A stretch of 56,170 bases of DNA from an uncultured Candidatus Saccharibacteria bacterium (lineage in GTDB: Bacteria; Patescibacteriota; Saccharimonadia; Saccharimonadales; UBA10212), in NCBI GenBank assembly GCA_964460855.1, contig CAYWQH010000003.1, positions 69,410 to 125,579 of the forward strand. Reading direction: 5' to 3'. Position numbers and translations under genes: made by a program. The notes beneath the pieces are model-generated. The model was not told the origin of the DNA. It ran no database searches and saw only the letters and a list, made by a program, of their open reading frames with translations. This document shows positions 9,404 through 19,213 of the stretch, piece after piece (position 1 is the stretch's first letter; each line of letters opens with the position of its first letter).

Positions 9404-9595
9404 TCATAGACCCTGGTCGTAATACTCTTGGGTGTCTTCGTTGACATCAGTATGCGGGTCATCCAGCGGTAACGTGTTGGGTACGTCATCGGGCGGGGAA
9501 AAGGGCGGGTCGTAATCTTGTGGAAGTTTCTCGTCGTTTGGGTCGGGCAATAAATTGTTGTCGTCGTCCGAGCTGGTAGTAAATTGGTCGTCCAT
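9404..9595 (-). CDS. Small, extremely acidic Pro/Asp-rich protein (hypothetical)
   Basis: 63-aa ORF and the only ORF in a 470-nt gap. AAAGG lies about 8 nt upstream of the ATG. The composition is dominated by D/E/P with almost no basic residues. Confidence 0.4.
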   Translation of the reverse strand: MDDQFTTSSDDDNNLLPDPNDEKLPQDYDPPFSPPDDVPNTLPLDDPHTDVNEDTQEYYDQGL

Positions 9596-9789
9596 AATAA
9601 ACCTTTATTTAAGCGCCGCTTGAAAAATATTACAGGGCGGCAATATGTTATGTATAATTTTTTACTTTATGGGAGTCGATGAGTCCTTTATTATAGCAAT
9701 ACGAAACGTAGTTAGGATGGTGCCCGCTGGACGACAAATTTCTTAAATTTCTGCAACAATACCCCACTAAGTACTTCGATAAAGGCGAA

Positions 9790-10401
9790 ATGCTGGTTTT
9801 TCAAGGCGAAGTGCCTAAGACGGCTATGGTTGTAAAAGAAGGCGTAGTAAAAACTTATAACTTAACGGCCGAGGGCGAAGAAAAACCAATAAGTTTCAGC
9901 AACAGCGGCGATGTCGTACCCCAGAACTGGGCCTTCGATATAGCGCCCAGCGCCATGTATTTTTACGAAGCATTCACGCCGGTAGAAGTTTTTAGCCTGG
10001 CCCGCGAAGAATACCTAAAATTTTTAAGCGACAACCCGGGTGTTTTATACCAGGAACTATTGCGTTCGGTAATTTATAACGTTAGTAAAACAATGCGCCT
10101 AAATGCCTTGCAGTACAGCAAAGCCCGCGACAAAATAATTTATACGCTGCATTACCTTGCCATAACTTACGGCAAGCCGCTGAAGCCCGGCGTCGTAGAA
10201 ATCCAGCTGCCGCTAAACCACCAGGATTTTGCCAATTTAACCGGACTGACCCGCGAAACTACCGCCGTGGAACTGCACAAATTGAAAAAGCAGGGCGTAA
10301 TTTCTTACCAAAAACATATGCTTTACCAGGTATGGATGGACAAACTTAACAAGCTGCTGAGCGACCAATTCTTAGCCGAGCTGCGGCTCAAGCTTTCGTA
10401 G
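9790..10401 (+). CDS. Crp/Fnr-family transcriptional regulator (true start probably upstream of 9790)
   Basis: It has a cNMP-binding-like beta-roll N-domain and a C-terminal HTH (QDFANLTGLTRETTAVELHKLKKQGVI). The frame stays open back to 9712 and encodes LDDKFLKFLQQYPTKYFDKGE before the first ATG. Confidence 0.8.
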   Translation: MLVFQGEVPKTAMVVKEGVVKTYNLTAEGEEKPISFSNSGDVVPQNWAFDIAPSAMYFYEAFTPVEVFSLAREEYLKFLSDNPGVLYQELLRSVIYNVSKTMRLNALQYSKARDKIIYTLHYLAITYGKPLKPGVVEIQLPLNHQDFANLTGLTRETTAVELHKLKKQGVISYQKHMLYQVWMDKLNKLLSDQFLAELRLKLS

Positions 10402-10777
10402 ACTTGGACCGGCTGGCCAGGGCTTCTTTTATGACCCGGTTGAGGCTTTGCGGGCTGGACCAGGCTTTAACGATATATTTATAAGCTCCCAAGCGATGGG
10501 CTTCTTCTACTTCCGAGGCGTTTTCCATGTTAGAAAACACTATAACCCGAACATCGGGGTGTTTAGTTTTGAGCTCATAGTGGCGCAAAAATTCTAGACC
10601 GCTCATTTCGGGCATTAGCAAATCCAGCAATATCAAATCCGGATTATATTCGTCGGCTTTATCTAAGGCTTCCTGGCCATTGTAAACAGTCTCGACGTCG
10701 TAACCGCTCTTTTTCAGTATCAGTTCGTATGCCTGGTTGAGGGTTTTATCGTCTTCAACCACTAGTACCTTAGTCAT
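10388..10777 (-). CDS. Single-domain (CheY-like) response regulator
   Basis: 129-aa ORF with VLVVEDD, the phospho-acceptor context LILLDLLMP, and KYIVKA. There is no output domain. Confidence 0.85.
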   Translation of the reverse strand: MTKVLVVEDDKTLNQAYELILKKSGYDVETVYNGQEALDKADEYNPDLILLDLLMPEMSGLEFLRHYELKTKHPDVRVIVFSNMENASEVEEAHRLGAYKYIVKAWSSPQSLNRVIKEALASRSKSTKA

Positions 10778-10872
10778 GGTCTCCTCGCGTTACCTAATGC
10801 TTATTATTCTGTAATTTAGCATGGTCGACTGTAATATTATCCACACGAAACGCTTTAAATGGCAATTCATTT

Positions 10873-12045
10873 TTAAGAACTCTCCAGTATTGTCGAGCCG
10901 GTTTTACTCTGCACGCCGCCGGTTGGCAAAGTAAAATAAAATGTCGTGCCGTGGTTTTCCTGGCTATCGAACCAGATGCGGCCGCCTAAATTGGCTACAA
11001 TGCCCTTAACCAGGTAAAGGCCCAAGCCGGTGCCGGCAGTTTCTTTATTCTGGATATTATTAGCCCGGTAAAATTTCGTAAAAATCATTTCTTGGGCCAC
11101 TGGCGGAATGCCGTAGCCGTCGTCTTCGACGCTAAATACTATTTCATCATCAATTTTACTGAGCTTTATGGCTATATTGCCTTGCTCGGGCGTGTATTTG
11201 ATGGCATTGCTTATTAAATTAACCATTACCTCACGGGTCAGCAGGCGGTCGGTTTTTATTTTGTTAAAGTTTTCGGCAACCTCCAATTTAATATTAATGT
11301 GCTTTTCGTAAGCCCGGGGCATTAATTCGTTTAAGATTTCTTTAATTAAGCGCACCAGGTTTGTTTGGCGCGATACAACCCTAAGGCTGCCGGTTTCGAT
11401 CCTGGTGACATTAAGCAGGGTGCTGATAAGCCCGTTCATGCGGAATACGCTGGTTAATATTATGCGCATAAACTCGCGCTGTTGTTCGGTTATCTGGCCG
11501 GCGTAACCGTCGAATAACATATAGGCATAAGTTTTGATGGCAGACAGCGGCGTGCGCAACTGGTGCGAGGCAATAGAGATAAACTCGCTTTTCATGCGGT
11601 CGATTTCGTGTTCGCGGGATACGTCGCGGAAAACCTGGATAGCGCCAATTGGCTCACCCTGTAATTTAATTGGCGAGACCGTGATGTGGGCGGGGAATAA
11701 GTCGCCGGTTTTGCGTTTGTAATATGTAATTGTCGATATTGGCTTGCCGGTTATAAACACTTCGGCAATCGGCCGCTGCATCGGCTTAAGTTCGTTACCG
11801 TATTCGTCGTAGGCAACCACTACTTTTGGGAACCATTTGCCAACCACCTGGCTGCGGCGCAGATCGAGCAAATCCAGCGCCGGCTGGTTTATGCGGACGA
11901 TTTTGCCGTGCTCGTCGGTGGCTATGGCGCCGTCGCCGATACTCAAAAAAATAGCGTCGGCGACAGCCGCTTCTTCCTCGTACTTGCTGGTCCGCTCGCG
12001 CAATTTTGCCAGTTCGCCGGAAGTATTACGCATAAACATGCTCAT
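10873..12045 (-). CDS. Soluble PAS sensor histidine kinase
   Basis: 390-aa ORF with one PAS domain, H-box SHQLRTPLSAI, N-box NLISNAIKYTP, G1 DDGYGI and G2 GTGLGLYL. No TM segment. Confidence 0.85.
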   Translation of the reverse strand: MSMFMRNTSGELAKLRERTSKYEEEAAVADAIFLSIGDGAIATDEHGKIVRINQPALDLLDLRRSQVVGKWFPKVVVAYDEYGNELKPMQRPIAEVFITGKPISTITYYKRKTGDLFPAHITVSPIKLQGEPIGAIQVFRDVSREHEIDRMKSEFISIASHQLRTPLSAIKTYAYMLFDGYAGQITEQQREFMRIILTSVFRMNGLISTLLNVTRIETGSLRVVSRQTNLVRLIKEILNELMPRAYEKHINIKLEVAENFNKIKTDRLLTREVMVNLISNAIKYTPEQGNIAIKLSKIDDEIVFSVEDDGYGIPPVAQEMIFTKFYRANNIQNKETAGTGLGLYLVKGIVANLGGRIWFDSQENHGTTFYFTLPTGGVQSKTGSTILESS

Positions 12046-12308
12046 TGCTTAGCCCTAACTTTAGTGTCTTTTGCAAGTTTTTTAAGCCGGTTGCAAAATT
12101 CATCTACCAAAACTTCATCCTCGGTCAAAAGTGATAATGATATTTTAACCCACGAGTTAAGTTCGCTAATGTCGCCAACAGAAATTTTTTGGGGTGACTT
12201 TTTGAGGTGATGGACGATCTGCCTATCTATAAAACGTTGGGCCGCCGGACCTAAGTACTCTTGGGTTAAATCGACAATTTGATTGTACAATTTATTGGAC
12301 TGCTGCAT
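12042..12308 (-). CDS. Hypothetical small protein, translationally coupled to the kinase
   Basis: 88-aa ORF. Its stop overlaps the kinase start by 4 nt. No family recognised. Confidence 0.5.
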   Translation of the reverse strand: MQQSNKLYNQIVDLTQEYLGPAAQRFIDRQIVHHLKKSPQKISVGDISELNSWVKISLSLLTEDEVLVDEFCNRLKKLAKDTKVRAKQ

Positions 12309-12312
12309 TAGG

Positions 12313-13257
12313 CTATACTTCTTCTATTTTTTTCAACTTTTTGGCACCCAAGGCTACCAGCACGAACCCCGCCGCGTAGAAAGTTAATAGCCCATAGATC
12401 AACACCAAGAAGTAGCTTAATGATAGCTGGCTTAGCCTAGTTGTCAGTGAAGTAACGTACTGAAACGAAATGAACGACAGGTTGATTACGCACAGCCCGT
12501 AAGCCAGCTGCCGCAACCCGGCTTTATAAACCGGTCCTTTAACATGGTAGTGGTAAGTAAGGACAGACATAGTAGCGGCAAAACCCATAAACCAGGCGTA
12601 TAGGGTTGGGATCACGATGGTAGCGATAAGTAGAATATCCGGCAAATAGTACTCGCGCCGCTTAGTGCCGGCAAAGTGAAATGGATTGCCGATATTCCCG
12701 AAAGTCAGGTAGCAGTAAACTACGGCGATCGCGACAAACGCGATTATAAGGCTCTGGCCGGCAATATTAGACGGCTGGCGCCGGATTATCCGCAACAGGC
12801 CGTAACAGGCATAACTGATTATGCCAAAAGCCGAAGCCACGTAAATAACGTTCAAATAATTACTGATAATCGTAATGGTTGGCAAGTAACTTGGATGCGC
12901 AATGGCCGCGTGCATGGCTATGGAGCGGGCTAGGGAAACAACAGGCTGGGCAAGAGCGAATATCAATAAACCGATAGAAATCAAATAAAATAGACGGCCG
13001 TCTGGGGTATCGCGGATCGGCTTAGCGTACTGGCTAAGTTTTATGTAGCCATAATAGGCGACAGTCCAGATAGTGGCTATTAATGTTACTAAGCTTATTA
13101 GTATCAGGTGCGCTTGGGTATGGTTAATGTGGTATTGGACTAAGACCGTCTCGGTAATAGGCACGGTCAGGCTAAAGATTATGTAGGCAGCCAAAATCGC
13201 GGCATAAGCTATCGTTAAATATTTATGCCGGATATTCGGTCTTTTTACCACTTTCAT
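12313..13257 (-). CDS. Hypothetical polytopic membrane protein (about 8 TM)
   Basis: 314-aa ORF and first gene of the minus-strand unit 13257->10388. Hydrophobic throughout. Confidence 0.55.
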   Translation of the reverse strand: MKVVKRPNIRHKYLTIAYAAILAAYIIFSLTVPITETVLVQYHINHTQAHLILISLVTLIATIWTVAYYGYIKLSQYAKPIRDTPDGRLFYLISIGLLIFALAQPVVSLARSIAMHAAIAHPSYLPTITIISNYLNVIYVASAFGIISYACYGLLRIIRRQPSNIAGQSLIIAFVAIAVVYCYLTFGNIGNPFHFAGTKRREYYLPDILLIATIVIPTLYAWFMGFAATMSVLTYHYHVKGPVYKAGLRQLAYGLCVINLSFISFQYVTSLTTRLSQLSLSYFLVLIYGLLTFYAAGFVLVALGAKKLKKIEEV

Positions 13258-13330
13258 ATGATTAATAGCTTAGTTAAAAGCGTAACCGTACAAAGTAAAA
13301 TATTTTACTGAAAACACTGGCTAAAATCTA

Positions 13331-13357
13331 ATTAAAATAGAGGCCGGTTTGCCAGCC
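13331..13357 (-). terminator. Probable intrinsic terminator after the KGG-repeat gene
   Basis: On the minus strand: GGCUGG-CAAA-CCGGCC (6 bp including one G-U pair), followed by UCUAUUUUAAU. Confidence 0.4.
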
Positions 13358-13386
13358 CCTATCACCAATCAGAATTCCAGAATTAT

Positions 13387-13581
13387 CTACCGGCTGCCGC
13401 CTTTTCGGCCGGCGTCAGCGGCCCGTTTACGGTCGAATTTGAAATTACCACGGCTTACCCGGCCGCCTCTTCTGCCGGCTTCTGCCGCTCGCTTTGGGTC
13501 GTTAGCGAAATTGCCTGGGTTGCTGTTTTTAGCCATAGCTACCTCCCGTATTAATGGCAAGGTTATTGTAACGGGCAGCAA
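13387..13581 (-). CDS. KGG-repeat general stress protein (YciG/con-10-like)
   Basis: 64-aa ORF with duplicated motifs GNFANDPKRAAEAGRRGG and GNFKFDRKRAADAGRKGG. Confidence 0.75.
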   Translation of the reverse strand: MLPVTITLPLIREVAMAKNSNPGNFANDPKRAAEAGRRGGRVSRGNFKFDRKRAADAGRKGGSR

Positions 13582-13618
13582 GCGTAGCCAACAATAATAA
13601 ATTTCACTTCTTTAAAAA

Positions 13619-14416
13619 CTAACCAAGGTCGCGCCGGCGAAATCCCAAATAACTGACAATTGCCGCAACCAATATTCCAAAAATAAAAGGCAGCGCAAAC
13701 CGATGGTCGTAAACGCCGTTAAAAACATCGGCCGGGCGGTAAAAATAAAAAGGCGTAAACCGGGCCGGCCAGCGCAGCCAGCTGGCAATCGAAATTAAAG
13801 ACGTTATTAAATAGCTGCCTAAAGCCAAGGCAATTGGCAAACCTAAGCTAAGCGATCTGGCACCGCGGCCCAAAGCCACCAGCATAAAACTTAAGGCCCC
13901 TATAGAAATGCTGAATAACAAGGCTAATAAGGTGGCGTATGCAACATTAGGCAGGGGAACGCTCAGTTTGACCAGGTCGCACATAACCACAATCGATATC
14001 ATCGATATGATACCGATGGCCAACATAATTATTAGGCCGCTGAGGGCTTTGGCAGCCAACAGCCGGCCCCGCGAAATCGGCCGGCTAAGCAGCAGTTCTA
14101 TAGTTTTATCACGTTCCTCTTTACCGATAAGGTTGTAGCCAAGGTTTACGGCGGCGATAGTAAATAACATTGGTAGGAACAAATAAAAAATCCGGCCGCT
14201 TAAATACCCCTGCGGCGTAATAAAGCTGCCGCTGTCTGAAAACAGCGCTTTGACGGTCGAGGGTATATGCTGCAGCGATTGGTTAAGCTGTTCGGCTTGG
14301 CTGCGCAGAGACGGGTAAAAAGCCAAACCTAACACAACGTATGCAACTATGCCGACGCACCACCAAAACATAAAGCTGCGCCGCAGCCGCAAATTAGTCT
14401 TTATTATCGGTATCAT
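13619..14416 (-). CDS. ABC-2-type transporter permease
   Basis: 265-aa ORF with about 6 TM helices. It overlaps the upstream ATPase gene by 23 nt. Confidence 0.65.
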   Translation of the reverse strand: MIPIIKTNLRLRRSFMFWWCVGIVAYVVLGLAFYPSLRSQAEQLNQSLQHIPSTVKALFSDSGSFITPQGYLSGRIFYLFLPMLFTIAAVNLGYNLIGKEERDKTIELLLSRPISRGRLLAAKALSGLIIMLAIGIISMISIVVMCDLVKLSVPLPNVAYATLLALLFSISIGALSFMLVALGRGARSLSLGLPIALALGSYLITSLISIASWLRWPARFTPFYFYRPADVFNGVYDHRFALPFIFGILVAAIVSYLGFRRRDLG

Positions 14417-15308
14417 GCTTTTCCCCGTAATATTGCAAAAATGAAGCTTCTAAATCCAGCTCGCGGCCGCTAAAACGGCTGACTTCGTGCTTAGATAGAA
14501 TCGCGAATAATGGCGTAAGCTTGCCGCTGACATGTAAGGTCACGCCATTATCATCCTGCGGGATTATCTGCTTAATTTGCGGAAGTTTTTTGAGCTCGGC
14601 GATAGGCGGTTTGCCTTCGAACCAGATATCGAAAGTTTGGGAAGCTGCCGTCCTGAGATCCATGATGCTTGATTCATGAATCAATTTTCCATCTCGAATG
14701 ATGCCTATGCGGTCGCAGGTTTTTTGGACTTCAGCTAAATTATGGCTGCTCAAAAAAACGGTCGCGCCGCGGCGCTTAAAATCTTTAATCAGATCGTAAA
14801 ACGTTTCTTGCATTAACGGATCCAAACCGGAAGTCGGTTCGTCTAAAATCAGAAGCTCCGGTTGGTGCATAACTGCCTGGATAACTCCTAGTTTTTGCCG
14901 GTTGCCTTTACTCAACGTGCTAATCGGCTTATCAAGCTCAACTTTAAAATCCTGGACTAAACGCTTAACGTACGATTTATCTTTTGGCGGGTGGAGGCCG
15001 TTTAAATAATCCAGCAGCTGGCCGCCGGTCATTTTATCGTACGCGGTAAAATCGCCGGCTAAGTATCCAATGCGGCGGCGGATGGCCAGGCTGTCATTAA
15101 CGACGTCGAGGTCAAGTATTTTAGCGCTGCCCGACGTAGGCTGTATAAAGTTTAATAAGGTGCGTATTGTGGTGGATTTGCCGGCGCCATTGGGCCCGAC
15201 GAATCCGTATAAAGTTCCGGAATTAACCGTTAAACTCAACTTGTCCAGGGCTTTTACTTTAGTGCCGGCATAACGTTTGGTAAGGGAGTTTATGGTAATG
15301 GCCGACAT
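14394..15308 (-). CDS. ABC transporter ATP-binding protein
   Basis: Walker A GPNGAGKST, signature LSKGNRQKL, Walker B LLILDEPTSGLD. Confidence 0.9.
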   Translation of the reverse strand: MSAITINSLTKRYAGTKVKALDKLSLTVNSGTLYGFVGPNGAGKSTTIRTLLNFIQPTSGSAKILDLDVVNDSLAIRRRIGYLAGDFTAYDKMTGGQLLDYLNGLHPPKDKSYVKRLVQDFKVELDKPISTLSKGNRQKLGVIQAVMHQPELLILDEPTSGLDPLMQETFYDLIKDFKRRGATVFLSSHNLAEVQKTCDRIGIIRDGKLIHESSIMDLRTAASQTFDIWFEGKPPIAELKKLPQIKQIIPQDDNGVTLHVSGKLTPLFAILSKHEVSRFSGRELDLEASFLQYYGEKHDTDNKD

Positions 15309-15407
15309 AATTATTACTATACTGTTTGGCGCTTAAATAGCCAATTCCCAGCCCTAGCCTTAAATGCTACAATTACGCTTAAGCAAATACGACTGGGGAG
15401 GGTAGAG

Positions 15408-16307
15408 TTGAGCGCCAGGCCTAGCCTGAATCCAAAATATGCGGTTGCGGCGGCACTTGCCGGGGTAATTGCTTTAATTGGCGCCGGTTGGCTATATATA
15501 AGCAGCCATAGCGTTGCGGTTTTTTCGCCAAAAGGCTGGGTTGCCGGGCGTGAAAGCCGCCTGATAATTACCGCCACTATTTTAATGGCAACTATTATTA
15601 TTCCGGTTTTTATTTTAACTGCCGTTATCGCCTGGAAGTACCGCGAAAACGCTAAACATCCGAATTACCAGCCGGACTGGGACCACAACACAATATTAGA
15701 ATTTGCCTGGTGGGCATTGCCGCTGCTGATAATTGTAATTTTGTCGGTTATGGCCTATAACAGTTCGCACCAGCTGGATCCGTTCAGGCCGCTTGCGGCA
15801 GCCGGAAAGCCGATAAAAATCCAAGTAGTGGCGCTGCAGTGGCGCTGGCTATTTATTTATCCCGAGCAGCACATAGCCAGTATCAACCTGGTGAAATTCC
15901 CGGCCGGCCAACCGGTTGATTTTGAAATTACTTCCGATGCGCCGATGAATTCTTTTTGGATTCCCAACTTGGGCGGCCAGATTTATGCGATGAGCGGCAT
16001 GTCGACCCAACTGCACCTGATCGCCGACCATCCCGGGGTTTATGACGGCAGTTCGGCCAATTTAAGCGGCGACGGCTTCGCCGGCATGGCCTTTAAAGCC
16101 GAGGCCACCACTCCTGAGGGCTTTAGCAATTGGCTGGCCGAAGCCCAAGCAAGCAATTATTCGCTTAACAGTCCGGATTACGACAGCCTGTCTAAGCCCA
16201 GCAAAGATTCCGGGCAGCATCTGTTCGCCTATGCCGACCCGGCTTTATTTGGCAACATTGTCGAAAAATATTTAACGCCGGGCAGGAGCTCGCAATGGAC
16301 CTATTAG
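15408..16307 (+). CDS. cyoA: Cytochrome bo3-type quinol oxidase subunit II
   Basis: TTG start and two N-terminal TM helices. [18 protein letters not shown]...[19 protein letters not shown]...[16 protein letters not shown] closely parallels E. coli CyoA. There is no Cys-containing CuA site. Confidence 0.85.
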   Translation: MSARPSLNPKYAVAAALAGVIALIGAGWLYISSHSVAVFSPKGWVAGRESRLIITATILMATIIIPVFILTAVIAWKYRENAKHPNYQPDWDHNTILEFAWWALPLLIIVILSVMAYNSSHQLDPFRPLAAAGKPIKIQVVALQWRWLFIYPEQHIASINLVKFPAGQPVDFEITSDAPMNSFWIPNLGGQIYAMSGMSTQLHLIADHPGVYDGSSANLSGDGFAGMAFKAEATTPEGFSNWLAEAQASNYSLNSPDYDSLSKPSKDSGQHLFAYADPALFGNIVEKYLTPGRSSQWTY

Positions 16308-18256
16308 GCAACTTAAGCTGGCAGGACTTTAACCACGGATTAGTGGTTTTGGGCGGCCAATTATCGATAGTGTTTGGCGGCCTGGCCGTAGCAGTCTTTT
16401 TAACCGTAACCAAACGCTGGAAATGGCTGTATAAAGAGTGGCTAACCACCGTTGACCCCAAAAAAATTGGCGTGATGTACATAACTGTGGCCATGCTGAT
16501 GCTGCTGCGCGGGGCGGTGGACGCCGGCATGATGCGTGCCCAGCAGGCAATAAGCACCGGGAGCAACCACGGCTTTTTGAGCAGCGACCATTTCCAGCAA
16601 ATATTTTCGGCCCACGGCACCATTATGATTTTCTTTGTAGCCATGGGTTTGATGTTCGGCCTTTTCAACCTTATTGTGCCGCTGCAAATCGGCGCCCGCG
16701 ACGTGGCCTTCCCGTTTTTAAACGCCACCAGTTTTTGGCTATACCTGGCCGGCGTGGCACTTATAAACCTGTCTTTATTAGTTGGTGAGTTTGCGGCCGC
16801 CGGCTGGCTGGCCTACCCGCCGCTTTCCGAGCTGGCATACAGTCCGGGCGTAGGTGTCGATTATTGGATATGGAGTTTGCAGATCGCCGGCATAGGCAGT
16901 TTGCTTTCCGGCATTAACTTTTTCGTAACTATTATTAAGATGCGGGCGCCCGGAATGGGTTTTAAGCGGCTGCCGATGTTTTGCTGGAGCGTCCTGGGCA
17001 GCCTGGTGCTAATAATGTTCGCTTTTCCTATACTGACCGTAACCTTAACTTTGCTGTTTTTAGACCGCTATTTTGGCATGCACTTTTTTACGGCCAGCGG
17101 CGGCGGCAACCCGATGATGTACGTGAATTTAATTTGGGCCTGGGGCCACCCGGAGGTATACATATTAATATTGCCGGCCTTTGGCGTATTCTCTGAGATT
17201 GTGCCGACCTTTTCGCAAAAAAAGCTGTTTGGCTATATGTCGATGGTCTGGGCGATTGCCGCCATTACTTTTTTATCGTATGTCGTATGGCTGCACCATT
17301 TCTTTACGATGGGCGCCGGGCCCAACGTTAACGCTTTCTTCGGGGTAATGACGATGATAATTGCCGTGCCCACTGGCGTAAAAGTCTTTAACTGGCTATT
17401 TACTATGTACCGGGGGCGAATTAAGTTTACGACGCCGATGTTATGGTTTATGGGCTTTATCGCAACCTTTACGATTGGCGGCGCCGCCGGAGTTTTGATG
17501 GCCGTACCGCCAGCCGATTTCCAGTTGCATAACAGCCTGTTTTTGGTGGCCCATTTCCATACTATGATTATCGGCGGCGTAGTTTTTGGCTATTTTGCCG
17601 GCCTGAGCTACTGGTTCCCAAAAATATTCGGCTTTAAATTAAACGAGCGGTTAGGCAAATATGCTTTCTGGTGCTGGCTGGTCGGTTTTATATTAGCGTT
17701 CGGGCCGCTGTATATCCTGGGGCTGATGGGCGCCACCAGGCGGCTGGACCATTATGACGCGTCAATGGGGTGGCAACAGCTGTTTATTGTGGCGGCCGTT
17801 GGCGCGGCAGTTATTTTCACCGGTATCGGGTTCCAGATATTACAGCTGTTTGTGAGTATCCGCGACCGCAACAAAAACCGCGACAAAACCGGCGACCCTT
17901 GGAACGGCCGGACATTGGAATGGTCTACCAGCTCACCGGCGCCGGTATATAATTTCGCCCACATTCCAGTCGTTTCGGGCCGCGATGCTTTTTGGGAAAT
18001 GAAAAAACTCAAAACCCAAGTTCCTAAAACATACGAAGACATCGAGCTGCCCAAAAATACGCCGCTGGCCATGGTTATAGCGCTGTTTGCCTTAACCGGC
18101 GGCTTCGCGATTGTTTGGCACATCACTTGGTTAATTCCTGTTTGTATATTAGGTATAGCCGCAACGGTAATCTGGAGGTCGATGGACGAGCATACCGAAT
18201 ACATATTGCCGGCTACCGAAGTAGCTAAAATCGAACGCGGGAGACGAGCAGCATGA
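16295..18256 (+). CDS. cyoB: Cytochrome bo3-type quinol oxidase subunit I (heme-copper oxidase)
   Basis: 653-aa polytopic ORF with the signature [17 protein letters not shown] plus HFHTMIIGG. It overlaps cyoA by 13 nt. Confidence 0.95.
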   Translation: MDLLGNLSWQDFNHGLVVLGGQLSIVFGGLAVAVFLTVTKRWKWLYKEWLTTVDPKKIGVMYITVAMLMLLRGAVDAGMMRAQQAISTGSNHGFLSSDHFQQIFSAHGTIMIFFVAMGLMFGLFNLIVPLQIGARDVAFPFLNATSFWLYLAGVALINLSLLVGEFAAAGWLAYPPLSELAYSPGVGVDYWIWSLQIAGIGSLLSGINFFVTIIKMRAPGMGFKRLPMFCWSVLGSLVLIMFAFPILTVTLTLLFLDRYFGMHFFTASGGGNPMMYVNLIWAWGHPEVYILILPAFGVFSEIVPTFSQKKLFGYMSMVWAIAAITFLSYVVWLHHFFTMGAGPNVNAFFGVMTMIIAVPTGVKVFNWLFTMYRGRIKFTTPMLWFMGFIATFTIGGAAGVLMAVPPADFQLHNSLFLVAHFHTMIIGGVVFGYFAGLSYWFPKIFGFKLNERLGKYAFWCWLVGFILAFGPLYILGLMGATRRLDHYDASMGWQQLFIVAAVGAAVIFTGIGFQILQLFVSIRDRNKNRDKTGDPWNGRTLEWSTSSPAPVYNFAHIPVVSGRDAFWEMKKLKTQVPKTYEDIELPKNTPLAMVIALFALTGGFAIVWHITWLIPVCILGIAATVIWRSMDEHTEYILPATEVAKIERGRRAA

Positions 18257-18825
18257 GCCACGCCGCAGCCGCCGATACCAAATCGACCTTTGGTTTTTGG
18301 GTATATATAATGACCGACTGCGTGCTTTTCGCCACGTTATTCGCTGTTTTTTCGGTACTGCGCTACAACACATTTGGCGGGCCGGGCAGTAATGAACTGT
18401 TTAGCTTGCCGTTTGTATTAACCGAAACAATGATCCTGCTGACCAGCAGTTTTACCTGCGGCCTGGCTATGCTGGCCGCCCGCCAAATGCAAAAAAGGCG
18501 GGCTTTAATATGGCTGGCGGTAACTTTTTTGCTGGGCGCCGCATTCGTTACTTTGGAACTGCACGAGTTCAGCAATTTAGTCAACGAAGGCAATGGCTGG
18601 CGGCGCAGCGGCTTTTTGTCGAGTTATTTTACCTTGGTAGCTACCCACGGATTGCACGTTAGCATCGGCTTGTTGTGGATGGGGTTAATGATGTTTAAGG
18701 TCCGGGCCCAGGGCTTAACGGCCATAAATATGCGCCGGCTGACTTGCCTTAGCCTGTTTTGGCACTTTTTAGATATTGTCTGGATATTTATTTTCAGCGT
18801 CGTTTATATGCTGGGGGCCCTATAA
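18253..18825 (+). CDS. cyoC: Quinol oxidase subunit III
   Basis: 190-aa [21 protein letters not shown] resembles E. coli CyoC FGFWIYLMSDCILF. There is a 4-nt overlap with cyoB. Confidence 0.9.
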   Translation: MSHAAAADTKSTFGFWVYIMTDCVLFATLFAVFSVLRYNTFGGPGSNELFSLPFVLTETMILLTSSFTCGLAMLAARQMQKRRALIWLAVTFLLGAAFVTLELHEFSNLVNEGNGWRRSGFLSSYFTLVATHGLHVSIGLLWMGLMMFKVRAQGLTAINMRRLTCLSLFWHFLDIVWIFIFSVVYMLGAL

Positions 18826-18826
18826 T

Positions 18827-19213
18827 ATGAAACGCACCGCGGAGGGCGAGGCTTACGGCAGCTTAGCGACTTATATTGTCGGCTATGTATTGTCTTTGGT
18901 GCTAACGCTAGTAGTATATTTGGCCGTTAGCCGGCATGTAAGTTCGGGCCATTTAAGCTACAGCCATTCCAATTTAAGATTTGGTATTTTGCTGCTGGCT
19001 GTCGTCCAGCTATTTGTCCAGCTGTTCTTTTTCTTGCATATGGGACGCGAGAGCAAGCCGCGTTATAATTTGATCTTACTGGGCTTTGGCGGCATGGTGG
19101 TGTTTATAGTTGTAGTTGGCTCGCTTTGGATTATGAGCCACCTTAACTACCACCAGCACGGCAACCCGGACCAAACCAATACTTACATCATCCATGACGA
19201 GGGCTTCCACTAA
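18827..19213 (+). CDS. cyoD: Quinol oxidase subunit IV
   Basis: I trimmed the ORF to the ATG at 18827 (MKRTAEGEAYGSLATYIVGY...), directly after the cyoC stop. It has three TM helices and sits in the cyoD position. Confidence 0.7.
   Translation: MKRTAEGEAYGSLATYIVGYVLSLVLTLVVYLAVSRHVSSGHLSYSHSNLRFGILLLAVVQLFVQLFFFLHMGRESKPRYNLILLGFGGMVVFIVVVGSLWIMSHLNYHQHGNPDQTNTYIIHDEGFH

Noticed and set aside
13349-13597. 82-aa plus-strand ORF covering the same DNA as the KGG-repeat gene
   Set aside because: The minus-strand frame gives two clean KGG stress-protein repeats. The plus frame is a low-complexity Pro/Ala/Arg/Leu shadow with no start context.
15317-15577. 86-aa minus-strand ORF across the cyoA start
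   Set aside because: It is antisense to the cyoA signal/TM region, it has no SD, and its composition is a shadow of the cyoA frame.
18776-18826. 17-codon N-terminal extension of cyoD in the ORF track
   Set aside because: The extension lies entirely inside cyoC. The ATG at 18827 directly follows the cyoC stop and gives a normal subunit IV length.
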